Translations under genes and position numbers: made by a program
NCBI GenBank assembly: GCA_944360025.1
Contig: CALVTF010000003.1
Coordinates: 1-32,790, forward strand
DNA: 32,790 nt
Direction: 5' to 3'
From: an uncultured Clostridia bacterium
GTDB lineage: Bacteria > Bacillota > Clostridia > Christensenellales > UBA1242
Shown here: positions 1 through 10,128 of the stretch, piece after piece
Layout of the letters: each line of letters begins with the position of its first letter
Numbering within the stretch: position 1 is the stretch's first letter
The notes under the pieces: model-generated
What the model was told of the DNA's origin: nothing
The model's database searches: none
The model's input: only the letters and a program-made list of their open reading frames with translations

Positions 1-492
1 ACCTGCTACAATAAGTGCTGGCAAAAGACCTTTAAAAGTTTTTATCTTATCATGATTTTCTGATAGATATGATGCTAAAAACAAAATCAAAGCAAATTTC
101 GTAATTTCGGATGGCTGAATGGAAATTCCAAAAAAATTAACCCAACGATTTGCTCCATAACTTTGCACACCAAAGCCCGGAACAAAAACTAATATTAATA
201 AAACTATACAAACGGCTAAAATAATATAGCGAAACTTTTTTAAAATATGATAATCAAAAAATGTGAAAAAAATCATAGCAAAAATACCAAGCACAACACC
301 TAACAGTTGTTTTAAAAGGAAAAAGTATTCATTCCCATAGCGAACACCAGCAGTATAGTAACTAGCGCTGTATACCATCAAACAACCAAAAGCCACCAAA
401 GAAAATGTTAAAAAATACACAAAAAATATTGTTTTATCGAATTTTTGCGTTTTTTTATCACTTTTTATGGAAAAAGCATTTAATATTTTCAA
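1..492 (-). CDS. ftsW: FtsW/SpoVE/RodA (SEDS) family peptidoglycan glycosyltransferase, N-terminal part (runs off the window start)
   Basis: Manual translation from a putative TTG at 492 gives a hydrophobic protein with MVYSAS, KQL, GANRWV and IQPSEITK motifs; lies directly downstream of murD. Could equally be the spoVE paralogue. Confidence 0.85.
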   Translation of the reverse strand, partial: MKILNAFSIKSDKKTQKFDKTIFFVYFLTFSLVAFGCLMVYSASYYTAGVRYGNEYFFLLKQLLGVVLGIFAMIFFTFFDYHILKKFRYIILAVCIVLLILVFVPGFGVQSYGANRWVNFFGISIQPSEITKFALILFLASYLSENHDKIKTFKGLLPALIVAG

Positions 493-496
493 TTTT

Positions 497-1786
497 TTAA
501 TTTTGTTCACTAATAAACCTCAAAACAATTTCTTTAAATTTTTCTCCACGTTCAGCATATGATGAAAATTCGTCAAAACTTGAGCATGCAGGCGAAAGCA
601 AAACTACATCCCCAATTTTTGCTTCGTGCATAGTAAATATACAAGCATCTTCAAAAGTGGAAAAGTTTTGTCCTACTTTATTATATTTCTTTGCACACTC
701 AAAAATAACCTTACCTTCTTCTCCAAAGGTTACAACTTCCTTTATATCATACTTAAATATTTCATCATATGGATAACCCTTCCCCTGTCCACCTAAAAGA
801 AGAATAATATTTTTGTTTTTAAAAGCAGAAAGCGCATTTATAGTGGAAGCCACATTTGTCGCTTTGCTGTCATCAATAAATGTAATACCTCTATGTTCTC
901 CTACTTTTTCCATACGATGAGAAGCCGGCTTAAAAGATGATATTGCCTTATCATATGCACATATTGGGATTTTATATTGAGACAGGCAAGCAACACTCGC
1001 AAGCACATTTTCTAAATTTTTCTCACCTAAAAGATTCAGTTTGCTTAAATCAAAAATTTTTGTTTTGTTATAAAAAATGCAATTATTTTTGATAAAAACA
1101 CCTTTTTTTATCAAATTTTTTGTAAAATAAACACATTTTTTATTATTTATAAGTTTTTTCGCATTTTCATCATCTAAATTTAAAACATTTACATGAGACA
1201 TTTTAAGAAGTTTACTTTTGACATTTATATATTCTTCCATACTTCCGTGCCTGTCTAAATGGTCTGGCTTTATATTTAAAATTGCCCCAACCTCACATTT
1301 GAAAATTTCTGAACTTTCAAGTTGAAAACTACTTACTTCACAAACAATAAAACTATCTTTGCTTGTTTTTCCATAAAGATTAGTTATAGGAAGTCCAATA
1401 TTTCCACACAAGTAAACTTCTTTCCCAGCCTCTTTTAAAATCTTATATATCAGCATACAAGTGGTTGTTTTCCCATTTGTCCCTGTTACCGCTATTATTT
1501 TTCCTTTTATAAAAACATATCCTAAATCAAGTTCGGAAAGAATTTTTGTCTTATTCTTTTTTAATATCTCGAATTTTTCATTCCCTATAATTTTTACACC
1601 CGGACTCACAACACAGTAATCAAATTTTTCTTTTTCTAAATTTTTTACATATCCAATTTGATTAATGTATTTCATATCTTCGTCATAGAAAAAGACATGG
1701 GCTCCAAGAAGGTTCAAAAGTTTAATAGCACTCCTTCCACTCTCTCCAAGCCCATAAACTAGACATTTTTTATTTTTAAATTTCAT
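497..1786 (-). CDS. murD: UDP-N-acetylmuramoyl-L-alanine--D-glutamate ligase
   Basis: GLGESG, VVSPG, GTNGKTTT, EVSSFQL, DHLDRH, DDSKATN, LLSPACSSFDEF...RG motifs. Confidence 0.96.
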   Translation of the reverse strand: MKFKNKKCLVYGLGESGRSAIKLLNLLGAHVFFYDEDMKYINQIGYVKNLEKEKFDYCVVSPGVKIIGNEKFEILKKNKTKILSELDLGYVFIKGKIIAVTGTNGKTTTCMLIYKILKEAGKEVYLCGNIGLPITNLYGKTSKDSFIVCEVSSFQLESSEIFKCEVGAILNIKPDHLDRHGSMEEYINVKSKLLKMSHVNVLNLDDENAKKLINNKKCVYFTKNLIKKGVFIKNNCIFYNKTKIFDLSKLNLLGEKNLENVLASVACLSQYKIPICAYDKAISSFKPASHRMEKVGEHRGITFIDDSKATNVASTINALSAFKNKNIILLLGGQGKGYPYDEIFKYDIKEVVTFGEEGKVIFECAKKYNKVGQNFSTFEDACIFTMHEAKIGDVVLLSPACSSFDEFSSYAERGEKFKEIVLRFISEQN

Positions 1787-1796
1787 ATTCTCCGCC

Positions 1797-2756
1797 TTAT
1801 ACAGTTAAGTATATGCAAAGCGTTATAAGCGACATAACCAAAGTTATCATAGAATAAGAAAAAACTATTCTATTTTCATGAACACCTTTTTGCTCAAAAT
1901 GGTGATGAAGAGGAGCCATAAGAAAAATTCGTTTGTGAGTTTTTTTGAAATAAATAACTTGCAAAATATCTGAAACGGCAGACAAAACGAACATTATGCC
2001 CATAATTGGCAAGATAAGTTCAAGCGACGAAAGAACGGCTAGTGTTCCAATAAAACCGCCAAGTGCCAAAGAACCTGTATCTCCCATAAAAATTTTGGCG
2101 GGATAGACGTTGAAGCATAAAAAACCTAAAAGTCCCCCGCAAAGTGAAAATGTTATTATTGCAAAATTGTTCATCTCGGCAGAGTCAAATAGTGTTAAAA
2201 TAATTCCAAAAATTAAAAGATATACAAAACTTACACTGCCAGCAAGTCCATCTAAACCATCTGTCAAGTTTACACTATTTGTCGTTGCAAGCAAAACCAG
2301 AATAACAAGAGGAATAATAAAAAATCCTATGTCAAAAGTGAGTCCAAAAAAGTTAAGGCTTGTCCTGCCACTAAAATAAACATAAAGAGCAACAATTAAG
2401 GCTAGTCCAAATTGTCCTATAATTTTTTGATACGGCTTTAGTCCCTCATTATGATGATAGTGAACTTTAATAAAATCGTCTAAAAAACCTAAAAGTGCAT
2501 AACCAAGAGTGACAATTATTAAGAACAAACTCGAAAATCGGCTTTCTGGCAATAAAAAACATAGCCCAGAAACTAAACTCAAAAGAAAAATAATCCCACC
2601 CATTGTTGGCGTGCCTTCTTTTGACTTATGCTTGTCCACATAGTGCAAAATGCTTTGAGAAGCTTTAAACCTTTTGCACATAGAAATCACAAATGGAGCA
2701 ATAAGACAAGAAAATAGAAAACCAACTAAACAACATAAAATATACTTAATTGCCAT
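1797..2756 (-). CDS. mraY: Phospho-N-acetylmuramoyl-pentapeptide transferase
   Basis: KEGTPTMGG, GFLDD, NSVNLTDGLDGLA, IFMGDTGS, FLMAPLHHHFE; multi-TM. Confidence 0.97.
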   Translation of the reverse strand: MAIKYILCCLVGFLFSCLIAPFVISMCKRFKASQSILHYVDKHKSKEGTPTMGGIIFLLSLVSGLCFLLPESRFSSLFLIIVTLGYALLGFLDDFIKVHYHHNEGLKPYQKIIGQFGLALIVALYVYFSGRTSLNFFGLTFDIGFFIIPLVILVLLATTNSVNLTDGLDGLAGSVSFVYLLIFGIILTLFDSAEMNNFAIITFSLCGGLLGFLCFNVYPAKIFMGDTGSLALGGFIGTLAVLSSLELILPIMGIMFVLSAVSDILQVIYFKKTHKRIFLMAPLHHHFEQKGVHENRIVFSYSMITLVMSLITLCIYLTV

Positions 2757-4212
2757 ACTTCTCCTTTATCTCTTTTTTCTTATCGCCATTTATTACCTTA
2801 TAAACCGCGTCAAAATCATTGTAATCAAGTTTTTTATCACCAACTATTTGATATTTTTCACCACCTTTGCCAGCAATAATAATCACGTCATCTTTTTTTG
2901 AGAGGTTAATCATTTTTGAAATTGCACTTTGTCTATCTAGTTCTACAAAATGAGATTTTTTCATTCCTTTTTCAATATCATAGACTATCTTTGCTGGATC
3001 CTCTTTTCTTGGATTATCGTTTGTCAAACATACGTAATCACAAAGCCTTTCCGCAATTGCACCCATTTTAGGTCTTTTATCACTGTCTCTATTTCCACCG
3101 CAACCAAATACGCAATAGAGTTTCCCTTTACATATTTTCTTTGCAGTCGATAAAACATTCTCTAAACCATCTGGAGTGTGAGCAAAATCTATAATAATAT
3201 ACTTGCCTTTATATTTCACAACATTAAATCGACCTTCAACCGGCAAAATATATTCAAGACTTTCCACCGCTTTTTCTAAATCTAGCCCTAAACTTGCAAT
3301 TGTTGCCAAACTTGCTAAAACATTTAAAACGTTATAGTCACCGACCAAGTTTGTCTTAATCATAGAGACAAAATCCAAAATATTGCCATAAAATTCCGTT
3401 CCTTCCAACCCTCCTCTTATTCCAATTGCAAAGACGTCTGCAGGATTATTAAGCCCATATGAAATACAAGGTACTTTGATTTTTTTTAGAAGTTTCCTTC
3501 CACTTTCATCATCAGCGCAAACTACCGCACTTTTTATATGCTCACTTGTAAAAAAAGATAATTTACAATCACGATAGTTTTCCATTGTATCAAAATAATC
3601 TAAATGGTCTTGAGTTATGTTGGTCAAAACTCCCACGTCAAATTTCAGCCCCTCAACTCTTTTTTGACTTATTGCATGTGCAGAAACTTCCATAACAATA
3701 TATTCCACTCCACTTTTTTGCATATCGTAAAAGGATTTTTGCAAAATATCGGCATCTGGCGTGGTCATAGAATAATCAAGAACCCTACCATCAAATTTCA
3801 CACCCATAGTCCCTATTGTTCCAACTTTTTTCCCAAGCCCTTTAAGCGCTTGGGAAATTAAATGTGTTGTCGTTGTTTTTCCGTTTGTTCCTGTAATACC
3901 AATAAGTTTCATCTTTTGGGCTGGGTTATCATAAAAATTGGCACATGCTTTACCAAAAACTAAACGCACGTCTTCAACCAAGCAAAGATTATCAATCGGC
4001 AAACGATTTTCGCTCACCACTAAAGATGCCCCATTTGAGACTGCCTCTTTAGCATTGTTAAGCCCTTTTTCATAAGAGGATGATAGATCAAAAAAAACGT
4101 CTCCAACCTTCACCTCTTTACTATTTTTCCTTATTTCATATATATCTAAATCATTATTAAAATTGTTTAATACCTTAACATTAGATAATAGTTTACTTAC
4201 TTTCATAAACAC
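2746..4212 (-). CDS. murE: UDP-N-acetylmuramoyl-L-alanyl-D-glutamate--2,6-diaminopimelate ligase
   Basis: GITGTNGKTTT, TTPD, MEVSAH, DHLDYF, DFAHTPDG, FGCGGNRD, DNPR (meso-DAP type); AGGAG RBS. Confidence 0.96.
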   Translation of the reverse strand: MFMKVSKLLSNVKVLNNFNNDLDIYEIRKNSKEVKVGDVFFDLSSSYEKGLNNAKEAVSNGASLVVSENRLPIDNLCLVEDVRLVFGKACANFYDNPAQKMKLIGITGTNGKTTTTHLISQALKGLGKKVGTIGTMGVKFDGRVLDYSMTTPDADILQKSFYDMQKSGVEYIVMEVSAHAISQKRVEGLKFDVGVLTNITQDHLDYFDTMENYRDCKLSFFTSEHIKSAVVCADDESGRKLLKKIKVPCISYGLNNPADVFAIGIRGGLEGTEFYGNILDFVSMIKTNLVGDYNVLNVLASLATIASLGLDLEKAVESLEYILPVEGRFNVVKYKGKYIIIDFAHTPDGLENVLSTAKKICKGKLYCVFGCGGNRDSDKRPKMGAIAERLCDYVCLTNDNPRKEDPAKIVYDIEKGMKKSHFVELDRQSAISKMINLSKKDDVIIIAGKGGEKYQIVGDKKLDYNDFDAVYKVINGDKKKEIKEKYGN

Positions 4213-4341
4213 TCCTTTTCTATATTTTAATATGTCAAAATATAAATTTTGTTACCAAGACAAAAAAAGATAAAATTTGACAAAATAATTTTGAGTTTAA
4301 AGTGTTTTTGTGATATTATTTAAAAAGTAAAAGGAAAGAAT

Positions 4342-5292
4342 ATGAAAAGAATTGAATTTGTAAATAATCCAGCATTACTTTTAAAAGACAAGGTTTCCAT
4401 TGAAAAGTTGAATGATTTAGTCATATCAGATAGAGATTCTCTTATAAAATTTGAAGAGGAAAAATATCATAATCAAGTTGTCGAACTTGTTATTGACTTT
4501 TTGTCTTATGGACATAAGAAAATTATTTTACTTTGCGGACCAACATCAGCAGGGAAAACAACAACTTCCAAAATAATCCAAGAGAAATTAAAAGATTTTG
4601 GTTATAATTCAGTCACAATTTCTCTAGATAACTTTCTTGTTCCATTAAGCGAAAGAAAAGTCTTATCAGACGGAGCACTCGACTATGATAGTTTTGCTAC
4701 AATAAATGTTAAACTTTTTAATGAATTTTTGAAAAACTTGAGAGTCAAAGGCGAAGCAGAAATGCCTATTTATAATTTTGTTAAAAATAGGCCAGAAGAT
4801 TTTACACAAACAATAAAAATCAAACAAAACACCGTTTTAATTGTGGAAGGACTTCATGCTCTAAATCCAGACCTTATGAATTTAAAAGAAAATCGTAATG
4901 CCACATATAAGATTTATATCTCACCTAACGCAAACTTCTATCTTAAAAATAAAATTGTTTTAGAAGCAAAAGAACTTAGACTTATGCGAAGGTGTTTGAG
5001 AGATTACTATAATCGTGGCGCTAGCATTGAGCAAACGTTAAAAACTTGGGAACATACGGTATCAAGTGAAAACTTGTACATTCATCCATATAAGGAAACT
5101 GTAGATTATATAATAAATTCCACACACAGATATGAACTTATGCTCTATGCAAAATATTTAAAGCCGCTTTTAACACAAACTGAAGGTAATAAAGAAATTT
5201 ATCATTTAATAAAGCCACTTGATGCTTCAGAAAAATTAGATAAATCTATAATTCCTGAAAACTCTATGCTTTGGGAATTTATAAACAAATAA
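4342..5292 (+). CDS. Uridine/nucleoside kinase-like P-loop protein
   Basis: Walker A GPTSAGKTT, SLDNF, MPIYNF, VEGLHALNP, RRCLRD motifs of the Udk/PRK family. Confidence 0.8.
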   Translation: MKRIEFVNNPALLLKDKVSIEKLNDLVISDRDSLIKFEEEKYHNQVVELVIDFLSYGHKKIILLCGPTSAGKTTTSKIIQEKLKDFGYNSVTISLDNFLVPLSERKVLSDGALDYDSFATINVKLFNEFLKNLRVKGEAEMPIYNFVKNRPEDFTQTIKIKQNTVLIVEGLHALNPDLMNLKENRNATYKIYISPNANFYLKNKIVLEAKELRLMRRCLRDYYNRGASIEQTLKTWEHTVSSENLYIHPYKETVDYIINSTHRYELMLYAKYLKPLLTQTEGNKEIYHLIKPLDASEKLDKSIIPENSMLWEFINK

Positions 5293-5325
5293 AAATAAAA
5301 TTTTAAAAATAGGCAAAAATTTATA

Positions 5326-5352
5326 AAAAAATCGCAAAAAATGCGGTTTTTT
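5326..5352. terminator. Bidirectional intrinsic terminator between the kinase gene and ddl
   Basis: AAAAAATCGCA-aaaaa-TGCGGTTTTTT hairpin flanked by A/T tracts between convergent genes. Confidence 0.6.
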
Positions 5353-5353
5353 A

Positions 5354-6481
5354 TTATTTTTTTCTAGAATTAAAATCTAGTTTTTCAAAAACTTCCAAAG
5401 CCTCACTGTCATAAGCAGAAATATACTGTTCTTTTATTGACCTTTCCATACCTTCTTCAATTAGGCAGATAATCAAATCTTTAAAATTTAAATCCTTGAA
5501 AAGATAAAACGCCATCGAGCCAGGAATGCTATTTAGTTCATTCACATACAGTTTTTTTGTTTTATTATCAAAAATAAAATCAACTCTAACCACTCCATAA
5601 CAGTCGAAGGCTTTATAAACTTTTTCTGTAAGATTTTTAATCTTTAAAATTAAGCCTTTATCTATCTTCTCCTTGTTCTCCACCTTTTCTTCCAAATATT
5701 TGTCTTCAAAGGAAAAAATTTCACCGTCTTTTTGGACGGAAGATACTTGAGAGGTTTTAACTTCACCATTGATATGAACACATGCACAATTATATTCGCA
5801 AAAATCTTCTAAATATTTTTCTGCCAAAATTCTTTTATCAAATTTCGCACAAAACTCTATTCCCTCTTCAAGTTCTCGCTTATTTTTACACACCTTAATT
5901 CCTATCGAACTTCCAAGATTTGAAGGTTTTAAAATAATAGGAAATTTTAATTTAGCATTAAGATTTTTTAAATATTTTTCCTTGTCTTTTCTATAATCCT
6001 TATAGATTATCTCTGAAAAAGGAAGGGTTGGAAAATCTAAGGCAGTCAAAATATCCTTAGTGAAAATTTTATCCATAGTCACCGCACTAGAACGAACATT
6101 GCAACTAGAATATGGAATATGCGAACATTCCAACACTCCTTGCAAACTTCCATCTTCACCAAATCTGCCATGCATACAAAGAAGAGCAAAATCAACAGTT
6201 TGAAATTTTGAATACTTCCCTCTTTTGCGATAGGCTATATAAGGTTTTCCGCTTACGATTGTCAAATCTTTGACTTTTTTTGCCTTTTTATCAAAATCTA
6301 TGTATATACTTGGGTCTTGAATGTTTTCACATGTGTGCCAAACACCATTCCTACCAATATATACCGGAATAACATTATATACCATTTCGTCAATATTTCT
6401 TAATACTTGTAAAGCGGTAATAATTGAAATATCATGCTCCACACTTTTACCGCCAAAAAACACTAAAACATTTTTTTTCAT
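5354..6481 (-). CDS. ddl: D-alanine--D-alanine ligase
   Basis: FGGKSVEHDIS, HGRFGEDGSLQG, MDK, KPSNLGSSIGI, FEDKY, RVDF, NELNSIPGS. Confidence 0.93.
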   Translation of the reverse strand: MKKNVLVFFGGKSVEHDISIITALQVLRNIDEMVYNVIPVYIGRNGVWHTCENIQDPSIYIDFDKKAKKVKDLTIVSGKPYIAYRKRGKYSKFQTVDFALLCMHGRFGEDGSLQGVLECSHIPYSSCNVRSSAVTMDKIFTKDILTALDFPTLPFSEIIYKDYRKDKEKYLKNLNAKLKFPIILKPSNLGSSIGIKVCKNKRELEEGIEFCAKFDKRILAEKYLEDFCEYNCACVHINGEVKTSQVSSVQKDGEIFSFEDKYLEEKVENKEKIDKGLILKIKNLTEKVYKAFDCYGVVRVDFIFDNKTKKLYVNELNSIPGSMAFYLFKDLNFKDLIICLIEEGMERSIKEQYISAYDSEALEVFEKLDFNSRKK

Positions 6482-6528
6482 AATAACCTCTTTCTTTTAT
6501 ATGAGTCTTTTATGAATTTTGATATATT

Positions 6529-7944
6529 TTATTTATAATTGTCAGGCAAATCATTTTCAAAAAGCACAATATCTCCTTTTTTAACAAGTTTCTTCAAAAT
6601 ATCCTTTTGCTCTTGACGTGTAGTCGCATAGAAAATGTTTTTTCTATTAAAAGATTTATTTAAAAGCCCTTCTGTTAAAGCCGAACTATTCACCTTATTC
6701 ATAATAACAACATAATCACAAACTTTGGCTATTTCTTTTCCTATTTCAAAATTTAACTCAAACTGTTTTTCACCAAGTTCTACCATACCCGGAGTTACTA
6801 AAATTTTGTCTCCACTGAAGGCTGATACAACCTCTAACGCTTCACTAAATCCAACAAAATTACTGTTGTATGAATCATCAATAACATTTGCAAAACCTTT
6901 AATAAGTTCCATCCTATGTGGAACATTTTTAAGTGACATAATTCCTTTTTTTATTTCCAATAAATCCACACCTAAAAGATAAGCAAGAGCCGAAGCCAAG
7001 ACAATATTATCCACATTAACCTTCCCTAGTAAATTAGTGCTACAAGCAAGTGCTTTACCATCAATATGTAATTCAAAAAATGTCTTAAAATCTTTAAATT
7101 TTATGTCCGTTGCATATGCGAAGGAATTTTCGTCCGAAATTAAATATTTTTTCTTTTCACATTTTTCATATAACTTTTTATTAGAAGCACTTTTTGAACT
7201 TATTATCATTAAATTTTTTACATTTTCGCAAATTTCAAATTTGGTCTTTTCCACATTTTCAAGCGTTTTAAAAGTTTCAATGTGACAATTACCAACCGGC
7301 GTCAAAATCCCATAATCCGCACCTACCAATTTACATAAAAAGGCAATGTCACCTTCATACCTTGCTCCCATTTCAACAATAAAAAAATCATCCTTCTCTG
7401 TTAAATTTTCAAGAATTGTCTTACAAATTCCCATTGGCGTGTTGTAACTTTTAGGAGTTGCACAAACTTTGTATTTTTGTGATAAAATTTGAAAAAGAAT
7501 ATTTTTTGTTGTAGTTTTTCCAAAACTACCGGTAATAGCAATTTTTTTACAAGGCATATTTTGAAGTTTTACTTTTGCCTTTTTTATATAACTATTCATA
7601 ATTAATTTTTCAATAGGTAAACATAAATAATGCGCAAGAATTATAAAAAATGGTAAAAGAATAATACCAACAAAAATCATTATTATATAAACATAAAAAT
7701 AATTAAAAAAGTAAAAAATTAGTGAAAATATTAAAAAAATTGATAAAAAAACGCAAAAAATACTTCTTTCTAGCCTTTTTGTAAACTTGATTTTATTTTT
7801 ATCTCCAAAAGCAAAATTGAATTCTAAAACTTTTTTTATGTAATTTTTGACTCTATACCCCTCTAATTGATATGTCTTAAAAAGTTGCAATGAGATAAAA
7901 ATCAAAATGACCGCATATATAAAACCATATAAAAATCCCATCAA
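6529..7944 (-). CDS. murF: UDP-N-acetylmuramoyl-tripeptide--D-Ala-D-Ala ligase with N-terminal transmembrane helices
   Basis: ITGSFGKTTTK, SYNTPMG, VEMGA, IDDSYNSN, TPGMVELG, LFENDLPD; about three hydrophobic segments in the first ~110 aa; adjacent to ddl. Confidence 0.88.
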   Translation of the reverse strand: MMGFLYGFIYAVILIFISLQLFKTYQLEGYRVKNYIKKVLEFNFAFGDKNKIKFTKRLERSIFCVFLSIFLIFSLIFYFFNYFYVYIIMIFVGIILLPFFIILAHYLCLPIEKLIMNSYIKKAKVKLQNMPCKKIAITGSFGKTTTKNILFQILSQKYKVCATPKSYNTPMGICKTILENLTEKDDFFIVEMGARYEGDIAFLCKLVGADYGILTPVGNCHIETFKTLENVEKTKFEICENVKNLMIISSKSASNKKLYEKCEKKKYLISDENSFAYATDIKFKDFKTFFELHIDGKALACSTNLLGKVNVDNIVLASALAYLLGVDLLEIKKGIMSLKNVPHRMELIKGFANVIDDSYNSNFVGFSEALEVVSAFSGDKILVTPGMVELGEKQFELNFEIGKEIAKVCDYVVIMNKVNSSALTEGLLNKSFNRKNIFYATTRQEQKDILKKLVKKGDIVLFENDLPDNYK

Positions 7945-8663
7945 ATCTCCTCCAAAAATTCTTTTAAGTAATGTATAAATAAGTAACGATTATCAAGAAA
8001 ACAAAAATGCGAGCCATTCGGAATTATTTTGATTCTACTTTTCTTTATTTTCTTTTTAAATTTTTTAGCCATATATAGAGGTGTAACTTTATCTTTTTCG
8101 CCAAAAACAATTAATGTTTCAGCCTCAATGTTTTCCAAAAAATCATCTAAATTTGTTTTTACAATATTATTAAAAACTTTTCTCATATTATTATCTAGTG
8201 CAAGGTAATCACAACTTCCATATTTTGAAATGTCTAAATGTAATTTTTTTCGTATTTTATAATTTGAAACTTTAATGTAATAAGAAAGTTTTCTTTTCGG
8301 TTTTAACCCCGCACTATCCACAAGTACCAATTTCTTTACTCTTGACTTACAAAAGCATGAAAACAAAATTGAAACACGCCCACCAAAAGAATGACCAATC
8401 AAATTAACTTTATGTATGTTCAAATGTTCACATAAAGATACAACCATTGTGGTATATGTAAATATTGTCCAATCTTTGAGCGTCTTTTCACTTTTTCCAA
8501 AAGGTGGAAAGTCGATAAACAGAGCGGAATTTTTAAGATAATTCTGACAAAAAAACAAAGATTTGTAATCTTGAGCCCAACCATGAAGAAAAACATTGAC
8601 CACATCCGTTTTTCTATCAATGAATCTATAAAAAATTCTACTTCCCTTGTAATTAAATATCAT
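7941..8663 (-). CDS. Alpha/beta-fold hydrolase
   Basis: FLHGW oxyanion motif, DFPPFGKS, GHSFGG nucleophile elbow, GEKD, SHF catalytic His; 4-bp overlap with murF. Confidence 0.9.
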   Translation of the reverse strand: MIFNYKGSRIFYRFIDRKTDVVNVFLHGWAQDYKSLFFCQNYLKNSALFIDFPPFGKSEKTLKDWTIFTYTTMVVSLCEHLNIHKVNLIGHSFGGRVSILFSCFCKSRVKKLVLVDSAGLKPKRKLSYYIKVSNYKIRKKLHLDISKYGSCDYLALDNNMRKVFNNIVKTNLDDFLENIEAETLIVFGEKDKVTPLYMAKKFKKKIKKSRIKIIPNGSHFCFLDNRYLFIHYLKEFLEEI

Positions 8664-8718
8664 ATTCTCATTTTATGCATTAAGTGTTTTAAAAGTTTAG
8701 GTCTTTTAAATTATATTT

Positions 8719-10128
8719 TCAAAAAATAAAATTATCTTTATAAAGCAAATTAGGCAGATCTCCTGCTCCAATAAAAATTAAAACAGTTTCATTGTTAAAG
8801 TTCTTTAACTTTTTATAAAGAGATTTTAAATCCTCACAATATCTAACATGTTTAATCGTTTCTAAATATGCCTTTAACTCATACGCACTTAAACCATCAA
8901 CTTCTTTTTCTCTCGCTTCATAGGTTTTAAACAAAATAAGATTATCAACTTGCCTAAATACTTTAATAAAGTCTTTCAATAATAATTTTGTTCTTGAATA
9001 GGTGTGAGGTTGAAAAATAAATAAAATTTCTTTACTTTTAAATACTTTTTTTGCAGTGTCGATTGTTTTCTCTATTTCAGTTGGATGATGAGCATAATCC
9101 AAAACTACATTTTTATAACTCTTACAATTAACTTTTTCAAATCTAAGTTTAACCCCTTGAAATTTCTCTATACCTTCAAAAATTATATTATTAGGCAATT
9201 TTAAAAATTTGCAAACTCTGTAAGCCATAATTATATTATCTATATTCACCTCTTCACATATGTTCACGCAAAATTTTTTAATAAAATGATTACTATAATC
9301 AAAACCTAAATTCAATTTGTTACAATATATCTGTTTCAAAATTGGAATTTTAGATATTTTTTCTGATTTTTTTTGGAATTTTCCTCTAATTTTTATACAT
9401 TTTTCATTAGAACCAATATATTTATAAAATTTTTGTTCTTTCAAAAATAAATCAAAACAAAGTTTTCCGTTTTTATCATAGAAGATATTATCACCAAAAT
9501 AACATTCATCTTTCTCAAATACATAACAACTATTTTGCCTAAATTTTTCAAATGATTGAAGTTGATTTTCAAAAGTTTTAAAATAGTCTAAGTGCTCTGG
9601 CTCAATATTTGTGATTACTGAAATTGTAGGTTTGAGAAATAAAAAATTGTCACGATATTCACACGCTTCAGTCACAAAATATTTGTTCTTTCCAATTATA
9701 AAGTTACTTTTCTCTTCTTTTAACATACCACCCAAATGAAGCGTCGGCTCTTCTTTTGCAACTTTGAGTATATTATAAATTAAAGCGGTTGTAGTCGTCT
9801 TTCCGTGTGAGCCCGCTATTGCAATAACATTATTATATTCTTTAGAAATCTGCCCCAAAAGTTCACCTCGCGACAATAGTTTCTTGTGTATTAATTTGGC
9901 ATATTTCAAATCTACATTATCTTCTTTTATAGCAGAAGAATATGTGACTATGTCACATTCTTTCACTTTTTCTAAATTTTTATCTTTAAAAACAGCAATT
10001 TTGTTTTCTTGTAATATTAAATTTTCTGGATTACTATCACTCCCACATACTTCATGCCCTTCATTTTTTAAAAACACTGCAAGTGCACTCATTGAGATTC
10101 CACATATACCAATTAGATAATATTTCAT
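8719..10128 (-). CDS. murC: UDP-N-acetylmuramate--L-alanine ligase (divergent)
   Basis: IGICGISMSALA, GSD, YSSAI, AGSHGKTTTT, EACEY, NIEPEHLDYF, DYAHHPTEI, FQPHTYSRT, GAGD. Confidence 0.92.
   Translation of the reverse strand: MKYYLIGICGISMSALAVFLKNEGHEVCGSDSNPENLILQENKIAVFKDKNLEKVKECDIVTYSSAIKEDNVDLKYAKLIHKKLLSRGELLGQISKEYNNVIAIAGSHGKTTTTALIYNILKVAKEEPTLHLGGMLKEEKSNFIIGKNKYFVTEACEYRDNFLFLKPTISVITNIEPEHLDYFKTFENQLQSFEKFRQNSCYVFEKDECYFGDNIFYDKNGKLCFDLFLKEQKFYKYIGSNEKCIKIRGKFQKKSEKISKIPILKQIYCNKLNLGFDYSNHFIKKFCVNICEEVNIDNIIMAYRVCKFLKLPNNIIFEGIEKFQGVKLRFEKVNCKSYKNVVLDYAHHPTEIEKTIDTAKKVFKSKEILFIFQPHTYSRTKLLLKDFIKVFRQVDNLILFKTYEAREKEVDGLSAYELKAYLETIKHVRYCEDLKSLYKKLKNFNNETVLIFIGAGDLPNLLYKDNFIF

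Noticed and set aside
5354-6481. D-Ala-D-Lac (vancomycin resistance) ligase
   Set aside because: The omega loop ends in KY (Tyr, as in D-Ala-D-Ala ligases) and no vanH/vanX/vanRS genes are present
9286-9438. Intein in murC
   Set aside because: Too short, and no C/S start paired with an HN-C/S/T end
2110-9884. Short antisense ORFs inside the mur/ddl genes
   Set aside because: Fully nested opposite well-supported genes, with no SD or recognisable motifs
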